From: Chrysomallon squamiferum
Taxonomy: Eukaryota > Animalia > Mollusca
Assembly (NCBI GenBank): GCA_012295275.1
Contig: CM022672.1
Coordinates: forward strand, 20,212,001-20,276,000
Reading direction: 5' to 3'
Length of the DNA stretch: 64,000 nucleotides
Under the pieces are notes generated by a model. The model was given only the letters and a program-made list of their open reading frames with translations, did not search any database and was not told where the DNA came from. The translations under genes were made by a program, and so were the position numbers. Positions within the stretch are counted from its first letter, which is position 1. Each line of letters begins with the position of its first letter. Positions 1 through 12,538 of the stretch are shown in pieces.

Positions 1-153
1 AAATTTTGAATGAAACTTAAACTGAGAAAAAAAAAATGATATGCATACATATAATAATATACATACACACACATGTAATTGATACATCTACTTTTAAGTT
101 GAGTTTTAACTTTTATCTGGTTATGTTTAATTATGGATTTAAATCAAATTTAC

Positions 154-1177
154 GTGCGACCCATGTCTTGTTTTATGGACACTGGACAGTTGTTTTGGAC
201 ATCCTCCACTTTTTCTATTTTCACTGTTGCCGGTACAAATACTCCACTGAAGCTTGGTGCACTGCTTTTATTGCTATCTGGAACTTTGTGAACTACCTGT
301 CCTTTACCTACAAAATAATATGTTAGCTATAAACAAAACAAACAAAAAAACAATACCAAAAAAAAAAAATAATAATAACAGGGGTAATATAATTCAGTGA
401 CATAGTTTAGTTCATCAATATATATATATATTAATCATGGCATAACAAGCTGATCGAAGTTTTCAAGGACTCGTGTATAAAAGTTGCAAGACATCAGCCT
501 GGAGTATGATGGGTTTTTGCTTCAGAAAATCACTGAACAGACGTGGCTAATTCAGAAATACAGCTGTAAAATTTGCTGACGTCCATCATGAGAGTATCTA
601 TTGGCTACAGATAGATCATCTGATGAAAGTGATATTCTGAAATGATTTGGATATTAAGATATAAACACTGCTATGATGGAAAACAGAAATTAAACTAGTA
701 GAGCTTGCAACTGGCATATCGAAAAGGATAATGAAATCACTTAAAATGCAAACCTTACTTGCCTTTGGAAATGAGTTCGTCTTATCAAATCATTGAAGAA
801 AATGTACCCGTAACTGAGTGAGAGAATTAGTCTAAATAAAATTCCCATCCTTTCAAGTTGTTTCTTACATTTCCATCCATAATTAATTGTAAAACGTGAA
901 ATAAGTTTTAATCTGTATGGTCTACGAATTTATTCAGAAATACTCTGCTGCTTGTAACTCTCTATCGAGGTTACATTCTTTCATAAAGTATTTTGCCATA
1001 TGCATGTCATTAGAAAAAAAATCGATTTTTATAAAAATTATAATGGAAAAAGTCCTACCTACATAAACACCCTCATGATTATATAGTCCACGATTAAACT
1101 GCAGTATCTCTCCTTTTTTAAAGCTATCTTCTTCTTCAAAACTATCATCTCTGTTACTTGTATCTTGTAAGTGACAT
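154..1177 (-). pseudogene. PLAAT/HRASLS-like gene copy B1, exons 1-2 (exons 3-4 lie off the window start); +1 frameshift in exon 1
   Basis: Exon 1 1177-1059 (ATG...YNHEGVYV-G|gtagg) is 119 nt versus 118 nt in paralogue B5, owing to an extra base at ~1170. Exon 2 307-154 (tag|G-KGQVVHKVPDSNKSSAPSFSGVFVPATVKIEKVEDVQNNCPVSIKQDMGR|gtaaat). The frameshift could be an assembly error. Confidence 0.75.
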
Positions 1178-1545
1178 TATGTTCACTGACGGTGTAGTTT
1201 GTCACTAAATGTTTCAGTCTGAAATGTTTGTTCGAGAGAATGCGACTTATACCCAGGTAAGAATGTTCTCGTGACTGTTCAGTTTCCTTGTAATATGTCA
1301 ATTTCCACGAATCGCAGTTTTTGTTTATGGACACTACAGATGTGATCAGTACATAGCAACCAAATGAGGTCATGTCAAGGTCTATACAAAATTAACTTTA
1401 GTGGTGAATTATATCATCATATGAATTTTATTTAAGAGGGTGTTATTTCATTTTTCAGTTGGTCAGAAAAATAAATTTACAGATGTATTTTACCATAAGC
1501 ATGCATTTAGAAATAAATCATTAATATCATGTTATTTTATTCCAA

Positions 1546-1676
1546 ACCGTTGGAAAAAAAGATAAATAGTGCAAAATGATTTGTCGAAAATTGGAAAACG
1601 TAATTATAATCTCATACTCAACAACTGTGAACATTTCGCCAATTGGTGTCGATACGACATTGAAGAAAGTGGACAG
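1546..1676 (+). pseudogene. Orphan PLAAT C-type exon 3 remnant
   Basis: Encodes ...NYNLILNNCEHFANWCRYDIEESGQ|gtaaat. Acceptor is degenerate (ccaa), the A-run has an extra base (131 nt), and GAA is changed to TAA. No exons 1-2 upstream. Confidence 0.85.
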
Positions 1677-2076
1677 GTAAATGTACCAATGATTACTGTA
1701 ACACAAAGATTTGTTTTCATTAGGTATTGTATAAAATTATAAAAAGAAAAGTAGTTTAGCAAATAAAAATTTTGTATTCCTCTTCAATAAACCAGTACGA
1801 GTCAACAAGTTATTGGAAATTATTTAAGAACTGAAAACAATTTATTCTCGTAAATCGGGTAGAAATATGTATAGTTCATATAACTGCCTATGTATTCCTA
1901 TAGATTGTTTTATTTCATGTTTGTACAAGCCGTTATATGACGGTTTAAAAGCAGTTTAAAGCATATTATGTTCCAATTCCAGTAAAAGAAGCTGATAAAT
2001 ATAGAAGTGACCTGTGTTGAATTTTACTATTTATTGTGTTATTTTATGAAGAATATGGTTTTCATTTATTTTGTTT

Positions 2077-2115
<39 letters not shown>

Positions 2116-2510
2116 AAATCACCCTTGTGCTAGCCGCAGTATAACAGCTTGAAAGCAGTTTAAAGCATATTGTGTTCCAATTTGAACTAAAGAATCTGAC
2201 AAATAATTTACATAACCTGTAACGCTGTCACGGTGACTAGTCTGATTGTATTAATACCTAAAATTTGGCTCGCCCCGTCTAAAGGGTAGCAGACAAGGTG
2301 GTACAGCTTAAACTACTAAATGACTCTTCTGTATCCACCAGAGAACAATAACACAAACAACAATTCAGTATGGATAATTGTTTTATATATATATACATAT
2401 ATATTTTATATAAATTAACCATCAGTGGTAACATATAATTTATTATTATTATTATTATTTTTTTTTTAACAAATTTCGAGTTCAATATATATATATATAT
2501 ATATATAACT

Positions 2511-2632
2511 AATAAATTATGAATTGTTAGTCTATAAGGTCACCATTTATCTAAATAATCTTTCATATATATATATATGAAAGATTATTTAGATAAATGG
2601 TGAGCTTATAGACTAACTATTCATAATTTATT
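2511..2632. repeat. ~122-bp near-perfect palindrome with a (TA)n centre
   Basis: aataaattatgaattgttagtctataaggtcaccatttatctaaataatctttca-(ta)n-tgaaagattatttagataaatggtgagcttatagactaactattcataatttatt. Duplicated at ~28466-28592. Confidence 0.9.
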
Positions 2633-3950
2633 AAGTTTTATTTTTACTTGATTGCAAACGTTTATCTGTCCGAGAGAAGACATGGTGCTTTCTCCAATAT
2701 TGTTGAATAAATAAATACTACTACTACTACTACTATTAATAATAATAATACAGTATACTAGTATTAATAATATAAAGAAAGAAACTTAGTCAGTCAATAT
2801 AAAAAACACAGGCCAGTTGTCGCGTAATTCCAAAAGAAACAGCGCCCGAAGTTTCTGTTGTATATTTAATAAACTGTCCTTTTTTAATGCAAAAGTTTAT
2901 AATGTATGGTGACAGTCAGTTACGGCTTATACGCATTATTTAACTCTATATATTTTATTTAAGTAAAAGACTTCAGGTTAGACGTGAATAAATTATCTTT
3001 TTGTAATCTAAAATGACATTCTTGAAGAACAATTAGACACAGGCCTGACCTGAATTACTCTGCATTATTGATTCCCGTAGAACTGCCGATTATCTGAACG
3101 CACTGTGAGCTATATTAACCTCTAGTATCCCTCCTCCCCCCCCAAAAAAAAACAGCAAATAAAAAAAAAAAATAATAATAATAAGAAGAATACTACTATT
3201 ACTACTACTACTAAATAAATAAATAGCAATTCAGTTCGTGACATATTTTTCTAACGAATAACCATTTCTCGGAGAAACGCCGATTAAAAGGACACACCAC
3301 AGTTATTTCAGTCCGCAGTTCTCCGAGAAAAGGATGTGAATGGGACGATAACCCAGATCTCTATATAATGATATTTCCGAGGAATAGAAAGTTCGTGTCC
3401 CGGAACCCATCCCTGGCGATCCCAGAGATCGGATCCGTGATAGGCGTGCCCGAACCTTGAATTGGACGTGGGCACGTAAAAATAGTTCTCCATCCATCCG
3501 TGTTTCTGTTCGGTGTATGTTAAAGAAAGAGGAAATAAATGTCTTTGTCAATGCATCATACGAAGGGGTTCGTTGGAAACAAGCCAAAAAGTAATGCTAG
3601 ATAAATAATAAGTCTATTCTCCATACAGATGAAAAAAACAACGAAATAGTGCAAAGTGCTAAACAGTTTTGATGTTATAAAAATTTAGAAATAAATGATT
3701 CAATAATAATTGTATATACTTATAAATAAATATGCATACATTCATGTACTTATACACATGTCTATGCTTACGTCAAATATATATATATATATCTTATGCT
3801 GTGTTTGAACTGATAGAATGATATTCTAGACGAAATTTTAACTATGGTATACGTATTAACATTAGTTACATCTGTATGAACGTGTTTGTATGTATGAATG
3901 TACTTGTGCATCTATGTATGAATGTGTGTGTGTTAATTACTATAGTTTTT

Positions 3951-3988
<38 letters not shown>

Positions 3989-4131
3989 TTGACTTGGTGT
4001 TTGATCATCATAACATAATCAGTTAAATCCTGCTTACAAAAATGTTCAACGATTTCTGGTCACAATATCCGCTGGAAACCTCATGGTAACCAAAACCAAG
4101 TGGTTAAAAGTACTTTTAATACATACATATA

Positions 4132-4167
<36 letters not shown>

Positions 4168-4272
4168 GCAACAAAAGCAAACAAAAATAAATAAGATGCC
4201 ATTTTTTTTCCAAAATTGCATAGTGCCATTTCTTGCGGGTGCCATTTTTTTCCAGTGCCATTATTTCCTATA

Positions 4273-4359
4273 GCCAGTGGAATATACACCTCTTGCAAAC
4301 TCAATTAAATCGCCAGGATCACCATCAGATATGTTACTTTTCTTAACAAGTAATGTGAT
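4273..4359 (-). pseudogene. Orphan PLAAT A-type exon 1 remnant
   Basis: Reads ITLLVKKSNISDGDPGDLIEFARGVYS. The start ATG is mutated to ATC, there is a 1-nt deletion at the His codon, and it is truncated against a (tgccattt)n sub-repeat array at 4197-4268. Confidence 0.8.
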
Positions 4360-4992
4360 TTTAATCTGCAATGGGATATTTTACAATAACAAACAGCAGA
4401 TTAATTATACATTATTCAGATAATTGCTCTTTTGACGTGTTTATTTATAAAACTGGAAATACCTATTTTTTCGAGAATATTGCTATAACCTAGTTTTTCT
4501 TTACATAGTACACAATACAAACATGACATGAATGCTGTCACGTTCAATAACAATTCATTGAAAACAAATTACACAGGCATCTGATTGAAACTTTATTATT
4601 ATTATTATTATTTCTTTGTTAAAAATATGATAATTTGTTTATTACTATTATTATTATTATTAATAGAAATAATAGCAGTAACTTGTATAGCCAGAAACTT
4701 GTATAGCATATAAATGTTAAAAGAGAATGGCATAATAAAATAAATTAATAATGAACAAAGAAGCTGTTTTTATTTTAAAATGTTTAAACATTTTTCTCTG
4801 TAAACATTATCACAGATTCCAAATATGACTGAAATATCTCAAAAATAGAAATTTCTAACGTCTTCAGTGAGTGATTAAAATTTTTTATATTAGCTAACGG
4901 TCAACTATGTCTTGAACAGCAGATGTTTGATTACTTTACCGACATAGGAGTTTTGATGGACTGAAAAGACAGCCCTGTTACAAATATGTAAC

Positions 4993-5032
<40 letters not shown>

Positions 5033-5438
5033 TGCATATTGTTGGAAAAGATTAAAAAAAACAACAACTTTTAAACTGAATCTATACTGATTAAAATAAA
5101 AAGTTAGTTACATTATTTATTGTCAATACGCCATATATGTTGTTTTTTTCGATGACTAATAATTCTACTGTACTAATTATAACTAGCTACTATTGTTTAC
5201 ACTATTATATAGATATAAAACAAACCAAAATATCACAAATAACATTTATTTAGTACCATTTATATATAACAGTTTATTCCCAATTTTTATATATTTTTCA
5301 TGAAAAATCAAAGACTAAATTAAAGCTAAAATCTAATCCTGTAAAATTTGTTATGCTTCTAAAGGTGATAAAAATGTTCAGTTTAGTCTTTCTTCTTCGT
5401 TTTTCTTCTTGAACTGGAAGTCGGAAATATTAATACAT

Positions 5439-7169
5439 CTATTTTTTGCTTTCCTTTTCTTTATTAGAACCACTAAACCATGCAGTACCAATCTTAACAG
5501 CAGCGAACGCAGCTACACCCACAGCGGCACCAATAGCAACATTTTGCACCTGAAAGAATAATGAAAACCGCTCAACTAAAATGCTATAAATAGAATAGAA
5601 TAAAATAAAATACATGAAATGAAATGAAATAATACAAACAAAACAAAACAAAATAAAATAAAATAAAATAAACGAGTAAATAAAACAAAACAGTATAATA
5701 TATATGAAATAAAGTAAAAAAAAAAAAGAGAATTAAAAAATATCATAAAATAATTTAATATAATAAAATAAAAAAGAAATAATAATATAATGAAATTAAA
5801 TTACATACTCGATAAGCTGCACTGATAGGTGAAGGCGACGATATAATTGTTTTCGATACTTTTCTATATAATTAATTAACTTATTTATTTATTTATTCTT
5901 GTATTTGCTAAAACCCGAAATGAAATAATTTTTCAATAATAATGACTTAAAGATGATACATTTTTGTTCTAGTCCGTTTTACGAAGACGGACGAAATATT
6001 TTAATATTGAAGTAGCACAGATAAATCGTAATAATCTCCCCCCCCTCCAATATTTATATATTTAAGACATATATTTTTAATCTTAACAAAGATCCAGGTC
6101 ATTAGCTTTAAAGCATTATGCATACGCTTAAAATAAATAAATAATAAAATAAACATTTACAAAATATATCTTTTAATAAAATGCCTCTAGTACTGTACTG
6201 AATTAAATTATCCTCTCAATAATGTCAAAATGTTTAATGTAGTATTAAGCATAATTATAATTTTGTTTTCTTTGAATAATTATTTAATTATTATTCTATT
6301 TGTTTTACTTTAAAATGAATCACACACACACACACACATTTGTAGTCGAATGTAATACTACACTGTTTTGATTTTAAGCAGTACCGTTAACTTAACAAAG
6401 ATAATAACCATTGTTACTGCATCAGACTCCGCTTTGCCGTATCTACATTTGCTGGCGAAACTCTGGCAGTTGTCACAACAAGGGTTGTAAGTTGTTCGTC
6501 CAATGCTGTTGTTCGCTATCTCAGCAATTTCTTCGCTTTCCAGAGGCCTGTCAATTATAGTATTCAATTGATCATGTTTAAATAAAAGACATTAATGTAC
6601 TTAGCAACAAATATTTCACAATATTATTACTGTTAATAAACAGTTTCGTATTTTCATGACTTTTTATATAATGTGTGAGCTGATGTACACACACAGCAGT
6701 CACTATTCTGTTAAATGCAGCGTTTAAGTTTATTGATTAGTGCTAATACTCATCCTAATTAGCTTGATGCTGCTTAATATTTGTACTCTTAAGATTATAA
6801 TTATAATTATATAATCTTTAATGAAAAGATAAAAGTATCGGAAACTGATGAAATTATTAGCAGCAGAGCTAAAATGAAATTGAGAAAAAAATAATCACAT
6901 GCAAACACACAGTAATATATATGCATACACACACACGTAACCGATACATCAAATTTTCACTTGAGTTTTTGCTTTAATCTGTTTATGTTTAATTAGGTAT
7001 TTAAATCAAATTTACGTGCGACCCCTGTCTTGTTTTATGTACACTGGATCGCCGTTTTGGACATCCTCCAATTTTTCCTTTTTCACCGCTGCCGGTCCAG
7101 CTACTCCACTAATGGAAAATGAATTACTTTTATTCTGATCTGGAACTTTGTGAACTACCTCTCCATCAC
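5439..7169 (-). pseudogene. PLAAT-like copy B2, exons 2-4 intact but exon 1 absent (5'-truncated)
   Basis: Exon 2 7169-7016 (GDGEVVHKVPDQ...); exon 3 6547-6418 (..TTYNPCCDNCQSFASKCRYGKAESDA|gtaac); exon 4 5549-5439 (VQNVAIGAAVGVAAFAAVKIGTAWFSGSNKEKESKK*). Homology to B3 stops at ~7825, before exon 1. Confidence 0.8.
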
Positions 7170-9154
7170 CTACAAAATAATATGTAACTTATAAACTAAA
7201 AAAAATAATAATACAAAAATAAAAAACATTATCCCCAAAACACAAAAACACCAATATAATATAATTCAGTGACACTTTATTTCATCAGTATATATATTAA
7301 TCATGACATAACAAACTGATCGAAGTTTTCAAGGACTCGTGTATAAAAGTTGCAAGACATCAGCCTGGAGTATGATCGCTTTTTGCTTTAAAAAAATCAC
7401 TGATAAGACTTGGCTAATTCAGAAATACAAGATCTTCTGCCAGCTGTAAGATTTGCTGACGTTCTTCCTGAGATATCAATGCAGTAAAGTATCTATTGGC
7501 TACAGATAGATCATCTGATAATAGTGATACTCTGTAATGATTTGGATGTGAGGATATAAACACTGCTATGATGGAAAACAAAAATTAAACCAGAAGATCT
7601 TGCAACCGGAATATCAACTGGGACAATCAAATAACGAATGAATGCAAACGTTACTTGTCTTTGGAAATCAGTTCGTCTTCTCAAATCATTGAAGAAAGTG
7701 TACCCGTAACCGAGTCAAAGAAATAGTCTGAATAAAATTCCCATCCTTTCAAGTTGTTTCTTATGTTTCCATCCAACCATTATTAATTTTAAAACGTGTA
7801 AATTTTTTTAATCTATATGGTCTACGTCATCTATATGGTCTACCCCATCGTGACCATATTTCAAGGGTTAATATTTAAAAAAAATAAAATAAAATAAAAA
7901 AAATTATTACCAAACGGCTAAATACAGCCTATTGTTTTTCGTTTAAATTATTAAGCAAAATTACCGTTAATTTGTTTCACGACTAATAGTTTATGGTATG
8001 CTTCGAACATTCGGTATTTGTCTGACGCACACTTTCTTCTTTTATATAGTTTTCACTTGTTAATTGGGAGCATCGTTATCCAACTGACCGAAACAACCGT
8101 ATTTTCGAGAAACCCATACCTTATGCGGCTCTTTCTTTTTTATTTTATTTTATTTCATTAATAGTTTTCGGTTTCCATCGTGTTATTCGAGCTGATTACC
8201 TTTTTACGATTAGATAAAATGCAAAAACACCAAAACACCACAAAATAAAACAACCAGTAATAAATGAATGAAAAATGTAGGAAGAACTATTTTATTTTGC
8301 GACCATACATATTTAACGGATATAAAGCGTTAATGATTATTCATATAACGAGAGATGGAATGGGCTGTCGCTCAAACACACAAAGAAATACAATTTTAGT
8401 TACTGCCTTAAAATACCAGCTTTGACGTGCGAAGGTTAGTACGTTGAATGCGAGGCTCTGCCGAATCGCTGTTTAGTCATTTGTAATCGTTTTCATAAAA
8501 CCTTCTCAGTTTATCCTTTATGATAATATGCACGAACAGTCTTACAATCGTCTTTTTGCTGTGTGAGGCTATCGCGCGTATTAGCTTGTATGCTTATGTG
8601 ATTATTTGTTGGTTAATATAAATGTAGTTACATGGATGCCCAAAAGAAACATAAAGATACAATGCAGCTACATTAACAAATACATCATCATCCCTATGAT
8701 TACATAAAAGAACAACAACAACAGTAATAAATAAATAAATATAGCGTATAGGAATGTATGCATCTATTAGTATAAACAATCGAAATAATGATTAAAGTAT
8801 ATAGCTAAATTTTTGATGTTAAAACGGTAAGCATCAGGTGACATATAAAACATTTTATCACAAATATGTCGGTATGTGGGTTAATATATGTATGTATGTA
8901 TTATGTGTGAGTATGAGTACACCTTGCAGCTCTAAATATTAATTATTCTCTGTTTTAAATACCGTAATGTACACATGAACACGTACTGATTAACAAATCA
9001 GGTATTTCCAGACCCATACAAAAACAAAAAAAATAAAATAAAAAACTATGAAGAAACAAAAAAACTACAGATGTGAAAATATCTTAATCGTGTATTTGGC
9101 TTCGAGCCAGTGTGTTAAACTCTTGTTTTTAAGAAAGCCGACTGAAGACGAAAA

Positions 9155-10648
9155 ATGACATTACTTATTACGAGGTACAACGTATATCATCTTGAACCCG
9201 GCGATTTAATTGAGTTTAAAAGAATTGGATATTCCCACTGGGCAGTTTATAAAGGTAACTATGTCATATACATCTGTGTAATAATTTTATTTACTTCTAT
9301 TATTATTACTGTGTGCGTAAAGTGATCGACTTTTCTCACTTTTCCCGATGGGCCAGACGGTGTTGGGTAAATCATTTGTTTGCTGTGGTAGCTGTAAGGT
9401 TAATTGTAATTAGGTAAAAGTAAATATTTGACGACAACGTGAATCTGATTTTGTTATATCTTCGATAGCAAGTTTTAGTTATTCTCCCAGGTGATGAGGA
9501 AGTGGTTCACCTAGCCGGAGAAGACGGAGACGGTATCAACAGCAACGTACAACATTTGTTCTCGATTGGAGGCAAACTATATAACAAAGCCTGTGTCAGG
9601 ATAGACAACATTTGGAAAGCTGCTGCTGGGAATAAAACCTACAAGAACAATGCTAATGACCACAAATTAACGTGAGTAGATCAAAATAAGGGTTTTCTAA
9701 TAAATATAATTTTTTTTTTTTTTTTTTCTTAAATTTTATTGTTGTTGTTGTTATTGTATTTAAAAAATAAGGAATATGTATTTGGTATAAATAAATGGGA
9801 TATTTAAAATTTAGATCAGCCTTGAGATGTACGATGAAAGACCCTTCTCGATTTTTGAAATATCAGTTTATATTATTTTCTTAATAGGTTTTAGAGAAGG
9901 GAAGTTTCAGAAAGAAGGATTTTCATCGTTTTGTGTATTATCTTTTATTAACCAAAGTATAACTAATTTATTTCATTTTATCTATTTTTTAAATATTTAT
10001 CTTCATCATCTGAGTTACTGAATTTGCATTTCAGACCGCTACGAAAACAGGATATTGTCGAGAGAGCGGTATCTAAACTTGGAGAAGTTACATACAATAT
10101 TATTTATAAAAACTGTGAACATTTCGCTAACTGGTGTCGTTATGATACTGAAAAAAGTGGACAGGTAGATAAACGTAATCTATACATATCCAATCAACGT
10201 GACGTGATAATAATGCATTATACAATCGATAAAACATATATTTAAATAACTTTGATTAATGATATGAGTAAAGGGAACCAAAATAAAATAAGAATCTGCA
10301 CAGAGGACAGATTAAACAATTAAAAAGGTATGTATATTAAATTGTATCGATACAGGCCAGTTGTACATTACACCCTGTCATAATAACAGTTTACCATACT
10401 CGTCCATAAAGGCAATGTCATTCAAAAACATTGGTACCCTGCCTGATTGAACGATTTGGTTCTCCTGTTAGCTTTTTCCTTCTCCCTTTAATTACCAAGT
10501 GTCAGGTCTTTTAAAACAACTCCATGTCTTTTAAAACATGCGGACGTCGTAGAAAGATAAATTTGTTACGCAATCTGAATTCCGTGAAAATTTATTTCTT
10601 TATCTTATTTTATTTTATTTACTTAATTACTTATTCATTCATTAATTC

Positions 10649-10692
<44 letters not shown>

Positions 10693-10858
10693 TTTCATTA
10701 ACAGTATTTTATTTTAGCGGTATTTATTATGTTTTCAGGTGGAAAGTTTTGCTACTGGTGCCCTTGTGGGTTTAGCAGCGTTAGCTGCTGTTGGTTTTGC
10801 CTCCTACATGTTTAGTGGTTCTGATAAAGAAAAGAAAAGCAGAACACAGTCGAATTAA
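9155..10858 (+). CDS. PLAAT/HRASLS-family phospholipase A/acyltransferase, copy A1 (176 aa, 4 exons)
   Basis: Exons 9155-9254, 9491-9671, 10035-10164, 10739-10858, all GT-AG and in frame. Motifs PGDLIEFKRIGYSHWAVY (H-box), VVHL, KNCEHFANWCRY; C-terminal hydrophobic tail ALVGLAALAAVGFASYMF followed by a basic end. Confidence 0.93.
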
Positions 10859-12097
10859 TATTTCCAGCTTCCAGTTCCAGAAGAAAAACGAAGAAGAAAG
10901 ACTAAATTAAACATTTTTATCACCTTTAGAAGCAAAATAAATGTTATACGATTTGGTTTTTCATGAAAAATATTTTATAACTTTATAATATTTTATAAAC
11001 TGTGACATTTAAATGGTACTAAATAAATGTTATTTTTTGGTATTTTGGTTTGTTATACATATATATACATAATATTGTAAACAAGTAGTATTATTAATCA
11101 TTGGAAAACAAAAAAACTAAAGTTTTAAAAGTATATAAAGATTTAACAATAGAATAAAAAGTAGCTACACTTTTTTTTTTTTTTTTTTTTTTTTTTAATC
11201 AGTATAGATTCAGTTTAAAAAGTGTTTTTATCTTTTCCAGCAATATTTATATTATTATTATTGCTATGGCTATTATTTTTGTTGTTGTTATTATTATTAT
11301 TATACTGACTGTTTATTGTCATTATTATTATTATTTTTAGTAGTAGTAATGGCAGTAGTAGCAGAAGCTGTAGTAGTAGCATCAGTATAGTAGTAGTAGC
11401 AGTAGTAACAGCAGCATCAGTAGCAGTAGTAGTAATTTTATTTACTTATTTATTTATTTATTTATCATATTTCTGATGTCATTGTTGTGGCCAGTGGTGT
11501 TTTGTTTAGTCGGTTAACTGAACTTTCTCGAAAGAATTGTTTTCCAAGAATTGGGTTTTTCCAGTTTTTCTTTACATAGTACACAATACAAACATGACAT
11601 GAATGCTGTCACGTTCAATAACAATTCATTTAAAACAAATTACACAGGCAACTGATTGAAACTTTATTATTATTATTATTATTTCTTTGTTAAAAATATG
11701 ATAATTTGTTTATTACTATTATTATTATTATTATTAATAGAAATAATAGCAGTAACTTGTATAGCCAGAAACTTGTATAGCATATAAATGTTAAAAGAGA
11801 ATGGCATAATAAAATAAATTAATAATGAACAAAGAAGCTGTTTTTATTTTAAAATGTTTAAACATTTTTCTCTGTAAGCATTATCACAGATACCAAATGT
11901 ATTTGCGTACAAAATACATAATTTATTATCTGACTGAAATATCTCAAAAATAGAAATTTCTAACGTCTTCAGTGAGTGATTAAATTTTTTTATATTAGCT
12001 AACAGTCAACTATGTCTTGAACAGCAGATGTTTTATTACTTTACCGACATAGGAGTTTTGATGGACTGAAAAGACAGCCCTGTTACAAATATGTAAC

Positions 12098-12128
<31 letters not shown>

Positions 12129-12538
12129 TGCATATTGTTGGAAAAGATTAAAAAAAAAAAACAACTTTTAAACTGAATCTATACTGATTAAAATAAAAAG
12201 TTAGTTACATTATTTATTGTCAATACGCCATATATGTTTTTTTTTTTTTCGATGACTAATAATTCTACTGTACTAATTATAACTAGCGACTATTGTTTAC
12301 ACTATTATATAGATATAAAACAAACCAAAATATCACAAATAACATTTATTTAGTACCATTTATATATAACAGTTTATTCCCAATTTTTATATATTTTTCA
12401 TGAAAAATCAAAGACTAAATTAAAGCTAAAATCTAATCCTGTAAAATTTGTTATGCTTCTAAAGGTGATAAAAATGTTCAGTTTAGTCTTTCTTCTTCGT
12501 TTTTCTTCTGGAACTGGAAGTCGGAAATATTAATACAT

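Larger units (their letters stand above)
1..4489. repeat. Segmental duplication, copy 1; roughly 99% identical by eye to 25951-30505
   Basis: Colinear near-identity at an offset of ~25,950 (e.g. ORFs 36..326/25986..26276 and 3303..3587/29260..29544). Homology ends at tgctataac (4489/30505). Confidence 0.95.

Noticed and set aside
36-326. 96-aa plus-strand ORF, repeated at 25986-26276
   Set aside because: It is the antisense of B-type exon 2 and is repeated only because of the segmental duplication.
3303-3587. 94-aa ORF conserved in two copies (also 29260-29544)
   Set aside because: Non-ATG start and no recognisable domain. It overlaps a GC-rich insertion, and the conservation reflects the recent duplication.
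4197-4268. Short spaced repeats (tgccattt) superficially like a CRISPR array
   Set aside because: Eukaryotic context, 8-bp units with irregular short spacing and no cas genes; more likely transposon sub-terminal repeats.
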